The translations under genes were made by a program, and so were the position numbers. A stretch of DNA of 64,000 nucleotides from Selaginella moellendorffii (Eukaryota > Plantae > Lycopodiophyta), in assembly GCF_000143415.4 (NCBI RefSeq), contig NW_003314291.1, positions 1,841,290-1,905,289 of the forward strand, read 5' to 3'. Of this stretch, positions 1-11,422 are shown piece after piece (within the stretch, counting starts at the first letter, position 1; every line of letters starts with the position of its first letter). Under the pieces are notes generated by a model. It searched no databases. It worked only from the letters and a program-made list of their open reading frames with translations, and had not been told where the DNA came from.

Positions 1-559
1 GGTTGAAACATTTGGATTGAGGTGTATGGTGCCCCATGAGGTATGGGGAGGATCATAAGATCCAAGTATGAGAACAGTAGGTATCTCATTGATGGCAAAA
101 TCTGCCATACTAAAGTTGTGGAAAAGATGTTCCTATAAGAAAGCAACTTTGGCCTAGAGTTGGGTGCAAATACTATGGTGCGGTGCTAATGGATAGTTAG
201 TATGAGGAACAACCATATTAGTCTTGGCAAAGACCTAGACATTAATACGTAGTATCATAAGGATAGGCTCGTGGGGCCAATGGTGTGGAGACACCAAATG
301 TGCCAAGGTGTGATACCTTGAGGTTATGTTGGTAGGTTCATAAGAACCCCTTGCCAAAGGGAATCCAATGGAAATGGGAATGGCATAGCTTAAAGCTGGA
401 AGGCATGTGGTAGAGTGTGGTGACCAAAACAATGATAGAGGTGTGGAAGCACCAGCAATGAGTTATAGGACTTGACAACTATGAGGCAACTAAGCAAGAG
501 GGCAGGTAATTGGTTAAACGGGTAGAAGGTAGCTACCCAAGACTTCTTAATGACATAAA

Positions 560-1159
560 TGTAAGCTCCTGAGTTTGTACTACCTGGGAAGTCACCCAAC
601 CCAGTACTATTCAAACCCAAGGACGCTTAACCCCAAATATCCTAAGATCCTTAACCGATTGGAGTTCGAAAAGGGGGTGCACTCTTATTCATGGGCCCTT
701 TTCCCTCTATATTTGAACCCCATGGACCGTCTCTCGAGTCGTTCTCTTTAGTTGCTTACAATCCACCACGCTTCCCTGCAAGTTCACGCCCTCGTGAACG
801 GAAGCTAAGAGCCGCAGCTCTCTTGAGAGCCTCGCTCTCTTGACACCCTACCCCTCGGGTCGAGCCTAGCGGGAGCAAACTGGACCAACCAGATGTCAAT
901 CAACATGTGGTGTGATTCCCCTAGCCAACCAACAGACTCGGACCCGAGACCCCTCTGATACCAAATGTAAGCTCTTGAGTTTGGACTTCCCGGGAGGTCA
1001 CCCAATCCAGTACTATTCAAACCCAAGGACGCTTAACCCCAAATATCCCAAGACCCTTAACCGATTGGAAAAGGGGGTGCACTCTTATCATGGGCCCTTT
1101 TCCCTCTATATTTGAACCCCATGGACCGTCTCTCGAGTCGTTCTCTTTGGTTGCTTACA
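560..1159 (-). mobile_element. Complete Cassandra-type TRIM with 5S rRNA-derived LTRs, nested in family A
   Basis: Two ~200-bp TG..CA LTRs (560-760, 966-1159), PBS TGGTATCAGAG (953-963, minus) and TSD ATAAA (555-559, 1160-1164). The LTR reverse complement GTTAAGCGTCCTTGGG..AGTACT..GGGTGACCTCCCGGGAAGTCC matches the 3' half of plant 5S rRNA (box A/IE/box C). Confidence 0.92.
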
Positions 1160-3758
1160 ATAAAGAAGTTAAATATACCCTTATTAGGGATAAGTTGCTT
1201 ACATTGCGATATAATGAGTCAATGTCATAAAAGAAAATGTTCATTGTCAAGGAGGCCATCATTGGGACACCCAAACACTCTAGAACACCAGGAAGTGGTG
1301 TTTAGTGTCGCGAGGGCAATAGATAAGGCCCAAGGGACAAAGTCCCTAGCGAATGAAGGATAGGAGGTGCTATCCAAATGTCCAAGGTTGTGGAGACAGG
1401 AGAAGTTTGTCTACTCTAATTGGACAAAGCCAAAAAGGGATTTTGGCAAGGCTAGTGATAGGCATATAAAGGCCCATAAGTAACAACGGTGATTCTAGTG
1501 TGTGGGATTACAAGGTGAGCAAACCTGGATTGAGGAACCACTCCCTAGGCTGTCGGGTAGGTTCATCCTTATGATATTTGCCAAGGCATGGTAGAAAGTG
1601 TAAAGCTATCTTTCTAGTCTGGAGGAGAATCAAGTGGGTGCTCAAGCATGTTGTTATTAGCGACCGGGATGCCATGGAGAGTCTAAAGCATGGGATTGTC
1701 CATGTTGGACTATATGGTAATTGAAAAACTTGCGAAAGGAGAGGCCTTAGCAAGCCAAGGAACAAAGTTCCTTGAACGTTCCACTAGGTAGATAAGTACC
1801 TAATTAGCCAAGTGTAAATGGTTCATAGGACGCGCGAAATAAGAGTGGCGTAGCAAAAGCGTGGTCTTGAAGCTTGCTATGAGGCGAGGCTATCAAAATT
1901 GGGGAAGTAGTTCCCGAGTGTTCAAAGAGAGGGCTTTGAACAAAAGTTGATGGTTAAAGACTTTCATGCTTATGCATGAACCATATTACGGTGGCCGAAT
2001 GACTTGCTAAGTGAGATTGGCAAGTCAGGGGAAACGAATACCCTAGTTGAAGGAGCCAATTTCAAAGGGGTGGCCCAAGGGGCTGAGCATGGAGGAGTCC
2101 ATGCATGATCACAAAACATGTCAAGTGAGAGGACTTAGCAGTGCGGAGGAACTAAGTTCCTAAGCTGTGATCTGTAGCGTACTTTAAATATAAGTTGGTG
2201 CACCGGCGTGGGGAGTCACGCCAGGCATCCGATGTGATGCCGTCCGTAGATGCATATACGGAGGTTGGATTCGAGTCCTGACCCTCTAGTGCTTGGGTTC
2301 GAGTCCCAATTCACTAGGGCGCGGTGATGGTTTGGAATATGAGGACACTCATTTTTCGGTGGTCATGGACTCTTAGTAAAGAGACTAGCTTGGGCACACC
2401 GCCAAGCGGGGGATGCCCCGGAGTCGTGATGCATGGTTAGATTGCTTAGAGTGAAAGCTCGGCATATCTAACTTGAACACTTTGGTGCAAAAGGCACCAA
2501 GGACGTGGTGAATGAAATGGGGCACCTAGTCTCAGTTGCTATGGGCACACCGCGAAGTGTGGGGGATGCCCCCGGGGTCATAGTCAACAATTTAAAAGGG
2601 TCTGGAAGACCTAGTTCCTATTGGTAGACCTGTTAAGGGGTCAAGATGAGATCACCAGGTGATCTTATGGTTAAACAAAGTCAAGGTCTTTGTTTGGGTT
2701 AAGGAATATGATTCCCAATTCAAAGTGTTGATTTGAACTATTAATAATGGTGTGACTTAGTCAAGGTGACCAAGTGAGAAGGACACCTAAAGGGAAATCA
2801 ATTGTGTCAATACGATGGTATAGTAAGTCCAAGAAAGTAGTCTTGGGGAGAGACCCATGGAAGGGTTGCAAAGTTGGGCCGTGGACGAAGCCTGTAGCAG
2901 AAATTGCTAAAGAGACCTACTAAGGGTGAGCACCCACTAGACTTAGCAAAGTAGAGCTTTTGCAATGGAACCAAAAGGATACCTCAAGAATGGAGGTAGT
3001 GATCCTATGTTGCTCAGTGCAACAATCAATGGATAAAAACAAAAGACTAGTGGTCAAGTGTGGGCCATGGAGTTCATTGGAAGGAATCCAAATGGCAAAG
3101 TTAAGCATAGAACACTAATGTGTTGGATGCTAACGGATTGTGAGAAAGGAAGTGTGCTTCCAAGGATGGATTCCCAAATGCTCCAAATTGGCAAAGGTGA
3201 AAGCTCTAAGGGAGGGAGCGACGAAGGAGCCAAAGGATAGGGCTATGGATAGCTCTAGCACAACTTACGATGGCTAGAACTTGGTGCCAAAAGTGGCATA
3301 AAATAGAAAGGAGGACGATGGTGCCCTCAAGTAGGGAGCTTCCTAGAATGGGAAGTAAAGTTGCACAATATGTGCAGTGAAAGATGTCAAAGACACCAAA
3401 GAAATTGATTTCGAGAAGTCAAAATTAAAAGTTCCAAGGTGAATTGGTTATGTCAATAGAAGTTGGGACTACTCAAGAATGAGTAGTGGAATTGAGTTAG
3501 AGAAGGTGTCTCTAACAGGTTTAGCAAGAACTGAACCAATAAAAGGGAGCAAACCACCCCAGGTGGTCGAATGAGTCTCTATGTTAGAGAGACTATGCCC
3601 TTAGAGGATGGACAAGACATGGCAAGCCTTCAGGGTCAAACCATAGACAAATATTGGCTGGGTGCCAAGGATGGAAATGGTAATACTTGCGAGTGTTACT
3701 TTATAAAAGGGTTTACCGTTCGATGAGGACATCGAACTTCATCTATGGGTGGTGGAGT

Positions 3759-4794
3759 TGTGAGACACAAATCCCTAAGCCCCAAAGTGGAGCCAAAAGG
3801 GTGCCACGTGGTAGTGGCCGAAGCAAAAGCCAAACGAGCGTAACACGTTTGGACTAAAAGGCTCCGACTTAAAAGGTTGAGAGCGGGAGTGGAACTCCCA
3901 ACGGAGTGCTCAAGGAACGAGCATGAAGCGAGCAATAAGCGAGGCTCTAAAAAGGGACCCAAAAGAACTAACACATGACACATGGAAATGTCCAAGATAG
4001 AGTCCGAGATGGACCCAAGATGGAGTCCGAGATGGAGTTCGAGATGGACCCGAGATGGAGTCCGAGGTGGACCGAGACGGAGTCCGAGGTGGAGTCCGAG
4101 GTGGATCTGAGATGGACCTGAGATGGAGTCCGAGACAGAGTCCGAGATGGACCCAAGATGGAGTCTGAGGTGGACCCGAGAGGGACCTGAGATGGATCCG
4201 AGATTGAGTCCGAGACGGACCCGAGATGGAGTCCGAGATGGACTGAAACAGAGTCCGAGATGGAGTCCGAGGTGGACTGAGATGGAGTCCGAGATGGAGT
4301 CTGAGATGGAGTCCGAGGTGGACCGAGACGGAGTCCGAGATGGAGTCCGAGATGGACCCGAGATGGACCCGAGATGGAGTCCGAGATGGAGTTCGAGATG
4401 GACCCGAGATGGAGTCCGAGGTGGACCGAGACGGAGTCCGAGGTGGAGTCTGAGGTGGATCTGAGATGGACCCGAGATGGAGTCCGAGATGGAGTTCGAG
4501 GTGGACCCGAGAGGGACCTGAGATGGATCCGAGATTGAGTCCAAGATGGACCCAAGATGGAGTCCGAGATGGACCGAGACGGAGTCCGAGATGGAGTATG
4601 AGGTGGACCGAGACGGAGTCCGAGATGGAGTCTGAGACGGAGTCCGAGATGGAGTCTGAGACGGAGTCCGAGATGGAGTCTGAGATGGAGTCCGAGGTGG
4701 ACCAAGACGGAGTCCGAGATGGAGTCCAAGATGGACCTGAGATGGAATCCGAGAAGGACCCGAGATGGAGTCCGAGGTCGAGACCGAGACCGGG

Positions 4795-4831
<37 letters not shown>

Positions 4832-5925
4832 TCGGGACTGAGACTGAGGCCGAGGCCGAGTCTGAGGCCGAGTCCGAGTCCGAGTCTGAGGCCGAGTCCG
4901 AGTCCGAGTTCGAGTCCAAGTCCGAGTTCGAGTCTGAGAGGGTGAAAGCCCAAAGCGTTTATCTCCCAGACCCTGGGGGGTTTGGTGAGCTCTAAAAGTA
5001 TAGTAGACTACAGTGGAGCCAGTTTGGCCAGAAAAGGCCAGTTTGGCCTAGAAAGGCTGTACCCAGTGTTGGGTGATGAGCTGCCCACTAGGAAGTCCAA
5101 GACTAGGGTGAACACAGACCGACAAGTGGGGTAGCTTGGTGAAGTGTTCAAGAGCCAACTCTAGTTCCCCTGGGAGATCGATTGGCCGATGCTCCCAGCC
5201 CAAGTGTGGGTAGCACTACCTACTTAGATACCAGACGTGGCTCAACGGAACCTCGCTCTAAGCCCATGGCTAGAGCACCTAAATGCGGAAGGTGGGGAGA
5301 GTACCCATGAGGGCTGCATAGGGCCACAGTGTTCCGAAATATTGTCCCAAAGTCCCAGACTGTGTAAAGGAAGAGGAGTAGCCCTCTGGTGTGGTGACCA
5401 AGGACACAGTCACACAGTGAGGAAGTCCTAGAGGACAGTGAGACTTAGTGGTCAGGCTCGTGGGCCTTGATCCAGTGGTAGTGTTGGCGAACACGGCCCA
5501 AGACAGAAAGGGACTTGGTGGGGACCGGAAAGGGGATATTGGGGAAGGCTATTCCTCATGTCTAGGGGCATCCTAAGGATGCTAAGGAGTGGATCTAGGA
5601 TGATCACTCATGGACGGATGGCCCAGTCTTTGACAGACGGGACTGTGATGTAGGTGGTGTCAGACCACTGATGTGACCAAGGTGAATGGGCATGGCCTTA
5701 GCGTAACAGGCTGATATGACAGTGGTACCTTGGGGTGTCGGTCATGGGATCGGACACGTGGAGCACTTGGACCAAGTGCAAAGGTTGAATGGCGGGGATG
5801 CTGTTCTCGGGGCTAGCAAGCCCAAGTCTGAAATAGGACTTAAAGAGGTTGTGAGTGAAACTCCTCCAAGTGGTCAGAGGTGTGGTTAAGTGACTAAAGT
5901 AGAATGGAAAATTTAGTCGCTTACA
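3759..5925 (+). repeat. Family A LTR (~2.17 kb)
   Basis: TG...CA termini and an upstream PPT. Homologous to 51731-60767 (-) and 63694-64000 (+). Confidence 0.85.
3990..4940 (+). repeat. Satellite-like tandem array inside the family A LTR (11/12-bp GGA[G]TCCGAGAT units grading into 6-bp GAGACC/GAGTCC units)
   Basis: Tandem units are directly visible and account for the low-complexity ORFs in all frames. Confidence 0.95.
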
Positions 5926-7590
5926 ACTCAACCAAAATCTGTTTGATGAGTTTGTCAACACGAGGAACCACTACATATCCCTTCTTCACCAGCATTCCAT
6001 CTTGTATCCCAAATGATGCAAACTTATCACCCTTCAAATTTATAAAGGTGTCCCTCAACAAAACCTTTGTGCAAATATTAGTGATAAATGAGTCAAACTC
6101 AATAAATTCTTTAAACTCATCCAAGAGATCAGCTAGCTTCATGAATGAGATAGAATTTACCATCCTAAATAATGCATCAACCACCTTACTATCACCTCCA
6201 TGCTTATACTGGATCTTAATAGACATTTACTTTTACTAATGAGCAAAGCAGCCTCAAAGATCCTTTTGTCAACTAAAATACTGGAGAGATTGATGGTTTG
6301 AATTCAATGGAAGTTCGATTCATATAGACAATGCTACCATTCCTTCACAGCAACAATCACAACATACAACTCCTTATCTCAAGTAGGCCAATTCCGTTGT
6401 GTAGCATCAAACTTATGGCTTATATATGCAAGAGGATGCTCAACTTGAAGCAAGATGGCTCCATTAGTAATGTCATTTGCATCTATCTCAACCACAAGAG
6501 GCTAAATATGGAAGATCCACCACAACAAATGCTTGAGTTATATCCACGATGGATTCCACCACATTCACCTTAGAATTTGTTAACCCCTTTAGAACAATCC
6601 TTGCCCTAATGTCCAACCTTGTGGCAATGAAAAAAATGACCCTCCACTTTGTCCTTCTCTCGCTAGGGCAAATAATATCTTTTGGCCTCATTCCATCTCC
6701 ACTCTTTGAGCCAAAACAACAGCCGTTTCTTCCCGAAGATGAAGTATTGGTGGGTTGGTCATCATGTTGACTACCCCATAGACCATCCTGTTGACCAAGG
6801 TTGACCAATTTGACTGATGGTTTGGGCAAAAAGATCTAAGCCTTAGTGATGGCATCAATCAATGTTGCTAGAAAATCTTTTTTGACCTTTTGCTACACAT
6901 CCATTTAACTCAATTTGATGAAACATTGCACCTTTAGTAGCTCATTATAGATGCCCATAAGACTAAGGCAAAGATCATAGAACTTGTGGGCATACACATC
7001 CAAAGACAAAATCTCTTGTGGAATCTCTAACAACTAGTTCATGAGGTTAACCTCTTCAAACTTCTTGACAAATGAAGTGTGGAAAACCTTTGTCAAATCA
7101 CTCTAAGAAGTCGGCTTTGAATTAGCTTTGATGTAGTTCTTTCACCACGAAAAAGCATGACCCATAAGCTTCATTACAAAAAAATCAATTTTCACTTTAT
7201 CCTCACAAGGATTGTGAGACCAACAACTTTCCCATAATTCCAACCAAGAATCAACCTCTTGGTTATCACAAGCATCTAGTGATGACTTCCATTCCATGAT
7301 ACCATAATCTTTGGCATGTTTGATATACCAATGGTAATTATAGATATGAGATTGATTCAACCTTTGAGGGTCCATACGAAGCAAAAAATCCTTAATGAGA
7401 TTGATCAAATCCTTAACCTCCTTAATGTCATTCTTAACCTCAGAAATCAGGTGTTCTTGCCACACAACAACATCAACAAGAGTCTCTTCCTAATCATCAT
7501 GGCCATCATCACTAATGCCATACTCCTCATTAGGATCAATATCTTGCTCATTTGCCATCCCTAAAAGAACATGCTGCTTTGATACTAATG
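5926..7590 (-). mobile_element. Decayed Ty3/gypsy remnant (gag, RNase H and integrase-proximal fragments) interrupted by family A
   Basis: Gag-like EVDSWLELWE..KLMGHAFSW (7142-7465) and RH-INT linker-like IQYKHGGDSKVVDALFR (5921-6226). Degenerate Met-i PBS near 7578-7587. Many stops. Confidence 0.7.
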
Positions 7591-8043
7591 AAACAAACAA
7601 TGGAGTGAACCCAAGACCAACCTCCCAACCCTTAATGCATTATGGCCTTAAATCCCCCAGGCTATAAAATATTCTTGGAATATTCACATAAGCTCCAAGC
7701 TTTCAACAAAAATCAGAGGGCTAGAGATGCAAAAGGAGATGCATGGCATAATGGTTAAGATGTGTGGGCATGTTAAGGCACTTGAGGCTAGAGGTGGTGT
7801 GCCCCATATAAGACTTCTTTGGTGGATCCACTCAAGATTCCAACTTTTTCCAGTGCTAGCGGCATGAATGAGTGTCTAACTTGGCTAGCCAATGTGAAGA
7901 AATTCTTGGCTGTCAAAGGAACTCTAAATGCAAAGGCTTTACTTAAATCTGAAAGCAGCTTCACATGAGTTTTATCTTTTGTTTTAATACTGACAGAGTG
8001 ATGTATTTCCTATAGTTAGAAGTCACATAGTTTACATATATCT

Positions 8044-8640
8044 TTGATCTTGCTCTAGGATTTTTCTGCATTTGTATTATCTTAATCCTTGAGAGTTGCT
8101 ATGTATACATAAGGAAATATCTGGTTAGTCAAAATGGTATATTAGGTATTTAAAATAAAAGGATTTAATGGTTTCTAAATAATACACAGTTGACTGTCAT
8201 ATTTGTGAGAATGATACAACTCTACTGAGAAAGATTCAAAATAACATTTTTCAAAATTTTTATATTAGATATTTTGAAAAAAAATTAGTATACATCTAAA
8301 ACCTTATCAACCAGAACATGTTTCAGCAATGGATCAGACATTTTATAAATTATAATATATAAAATAACTACTATGAAAATGAAATATAAAATATTTATAA
8401 ATAAAAACTTAGAATAAGGAGAAGGAAAGTTCATAGAAATAAGATTTTAAAATGTTTAAAATAATGATTTGTATAAGCTTCTAAAAAAGTGATTTAGGCT
8501 AAAAAGTAGTAGAAATTAAATATCCAGATTTATAAGAATAATGTTGACATAATAAACTATTATTCATTAGGATTATAATTTTAATATCGTGCCTGGAAGC
8601 TGTGATTTCTAAAGCTTTAGGAAAGTTTAAAAATTTTATC
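8044..8640 (+). repeat. AT-rich dispersed repeat, copy 1 (copy 2 at ~17076-17720)
   Basis: Shared blocks such as GATCTTGCTCTAG.ATTTTTTCTGCATTTGTATTA, ATTTGTGAGAA.GATACAACTCT and ATAACTACTATGAAA occur in the same order in both copies. Confidence 0.7.
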
Positions 8641-8999
8641 AATTTATTTTTAAATGTAAATACTAATAAGAAATTATATAAATGAGAATATATTTATAAA
8701 TATACTTTATGGAGAAAATTACAGGTTTAAATATAAACTTAGATCTGACACTTTGCTATGCTTGGAATCTATCCAAGATCTCTTTGCACTTGAGATTAAT
8801 TGCTGAGGGCTCTAGAGGTGTCACTGCATATAGGACGTAGCATATTGGAAGAGCTGTTAACACCTGGAAAACAATTATCTTGGAACCTATAAATTATATG
8901 AGGCACAAAATATACGATGTTCAAATATCCTATGAGCTTAGTCCCCTCCTAACTGCCAACTTCATGCCAGTTTGGCAGCAATAGTCTCCAAAGTACTTG

Positions 9000-9510
9000 G
9001 ACAACATTTTTGCTGCATCAACACAGAGTTCCAAAGCTACTATTGGTTTCCGGACCTTGCCATAGACACCACATTGTTACGTGGAATCCCGTCAAAGACT
9101 CTGACGAGCATCTACCACACTCTGCACTTGAGATACATCTCCACCAAGCTGCTCAACACAAATATAACTTGGTCACATCCATGGCTGGCTGCCTGAGGGT
9201 GGATCACTCTTCCTTTCTCCAACGATCTTTTCTTCATGCCACCTTGCAACCTTTTCTCTTGCGGCCTTCTTCTTTCACTGCTAAGCCAGTGCACACCTTG
9301 ATCGCAGCTACAAAAGTTTGATCTCCTGGATCACAGCCTTCCAGCTGCATCCAAGTAAAGCGCTCCAATCCAATTGCTAACTCCCCGTTTTGCATGTAGC
9401 CAAAAACCACGACAGTCCACGAGACCACATTGTTGCATTGAATCTTGCCAAAGACCCAAAGAGCATTCACCAAGCTCCCACACTTGAGATACATATCCAC
9501 CAAGCTACTT
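9000..9510 (-). pseudogene. PLS-class pentatricopeptide repeat (PPR) gene fragment
   Basis: SLVDMYLKCGSLVNALWVFGKIQCNNVVSWTVVVFGYMQNGE..TFVAAIKVC plus a second SSLVEMYLKC motif, with frameshifts and stops. Confidence 0.85.
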
Positions 9511-9939
9511 GCTCTCGACAGCCCACTGGGCCACGGCAGCATGCCCAGTCTCGGACCTCGGACTCGTCATCCGACTCCGAGATGGGCTAAATAGCCATGA
9601 AGATATCTTCTTCCAATCCATTCTTCGCACCCAGGCAATGGATTTCTACCCCGTTCTCTAAGCAGCTCTTTCTCAAGCTCTCGCAATCCTATCCCTTGGC
9701 AGCCAGATTCCAGCGGGCCGTAAGCACCACGAGGGTAGTCGATCAATCCAGAGAACTGGAGCAGTGCTGGAGCTCCGACTGGCCATGGCGTCGAAGACCT
9801 GGCATTGGATTAAATTACATTGTCATGGATGATCCTTCCTCGCTGGAGATGCACACACTTCCGCATTCCTTGAGCACCAGAAGCCTGATAAGAACTAAAG
9901 CGAGGGACAATGTAATCAAATTCTAGGGTTTTTCTTCTT

Positions 9940-11422
9940 GATCCAGCAAGCGCCCAGAGATGTGGATGACATCTTGTCTAGCATCCGGCTGCACGGCTTC
10001 GCTTGCCAGGCTTGTAAGGGATTAGCGAGCAGCATCTCTGATCGGCAAGAATCATGTATAGCAGCCTCTTCGCGCTCTCCTTGCTGCTCGCATGGATGCT
10101 GCGTGACCTCACGTGGCCAATCCTGGAGAAAATCCTGTGTAAGTTCTTGCACTTTACGACAACAACTTTTTGTTTTGCTTGTGGCAGGGATCAATGATTG
10201 GCTTGGCACACAAGCTGTTCTACGCGTGAGCTTTGGGAGTTTCTTCTTCTTCATTGAATTAGCACTGCTTATGTTTGGAGTTAAGTACCAAAGCAATCAC
10301 AGGGACTCATGGCATCAATGATCAACCTTATCATCTGGTCTGGTCTCACTGTGCTTGGCCTCATCCTTCTTCCCAACGACATTGTGGATGCTGACAGTAA
10401 ATCTAGTGCTTCTTTCTTGGAATTACAACCATAGTTTCTTTGTTCTTCTGGCAGGAAGACTCTCGACATACAACTGGAACACTGCATGGATTGCCAAAGA
10501 GAGTAAGTTCTAGTAATGTTCTTCCTCGTTTCTTTTCCTCTTATACATATAACAAGATTCACAGTTCACAGGTATAATCCCTTGCTTGCTGTGTCCTTAG
10601 TGTGCTACATCATGCAGGACATCTATACAAGTGGTTCAATCCTGCTTATCAAGATTGCGAGCTCAATCTCTTCTTTATCACGAGCTCGCTATCTCTCGGC
10701 ATCGCATTCACTGCTATCTCTGTGCATCCTCAGGTAACTTTTAAGCTGGAGCTTTTCTTTTGAGTGTGAAGGATGGTTTTTTTGTTCTTTTTTGTTCCAG
10801 GTGAATGGGCGGTGATAGTGCCTGCTTCGGTGATAGCGCTCTACTGCATGTATATATGCTACAGCGCATTGTCAAGACTACGATTGCATCGGAGTGCCCA
10901 AGCATGCCGAGGTGGTTTTTATAAACACACTCGTCATGGGAATGGCCACCCTGCTTATCTCCGTGATATACTCCACGGCTTGAGCAGGCTCTCAACCACT
11001 TTCCTGTCACCGCCAGCTCCTCCTCACAATGCAAAGGAGCTTCTAGAAGAAGAATTGAGTAGAAAAACTCACAAAGTTTCTCTAACACCTTTACTCTCGA
11101 GGAGAAATTTCAAAAACAACCACAAACTAAGTGGCACTGGATCTGAGCACGACTTCCACGAAGCAAAGAAACAGTCCCAACACCGTCACGTATGTTTACT
11201 TGTTCTGTTATCTTGTCTTTGCCCTTGCGAGCATGTACTCGGCTATGTTGCTCACCAGATGGGGAAACCCTGAAGACGGATGCTATCGATGTTGGCTGGC
11301 ATTCGGAATGGGTCCGGATTGGCACAATGTGGTTCACAGCGGCACTATACATTTGGTCGCTCATAGGTCCACTCATTCTTCCAGATCGAGACTGCATGCA
11401 AAGTAAGCAGATATCATTGTAA
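9940..11422 (+). pseudogene. Serine incorporator (SERINC/TMS1 family) pseudogene
   Basis: WLGTQAVLRVSFGSFFFF..FGVK..RDSWH, LVFALASMYSAMLLTRWG and the C-terminal DVGW.SEWVRI...WFTAALYIWSLIGPLILPDRD. The frames are broken. Confidence 0.88.

Larger units (their letters stand above)
1..5925 (+). mobile_element. LTR retroelement family A (non-autonomous, LARD-like): non-coding internal region plus 3' LTR; 5' part lies outside the window
   Basis: PPT-like ATGGGTGGTGGAGT is followed by an LTR TGTGAGACAC...GTCGCTTACA (3759-5925). The internal region has no long ORF but recurs at 18172-20300 (+) and 60768-63693 (-). Confidence 0.8.

Noticed and set aside
575-635. 5S rRNA gene
   Set aside because: Only the 3' internal-promoter part is present, inside TG..CA LTRs with PBS and TSD, so it is Cassandra and not rDNA.
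2262-2320. tRNA gene (GGTTCGAGTCC)
   Set aside because: No D-arm, anticodon arm or acceptor stem at the right spacing. Reported as T-loop mimics instead.
3696-4995. Long ORFs (407, 347, 253 aa) resembling Ser-Asp repeat proteins; similar ORFs at 52717-53160
   Set aside because: They are translations of the stop-poor LTR satellite, open in several frames on both strands.
4935-5100. Hammerhead ribozyme (retrozyme) in the LTR
   Set aside because: A GAAA hairpin is present, but I found no CUGANGA core with matching helices.
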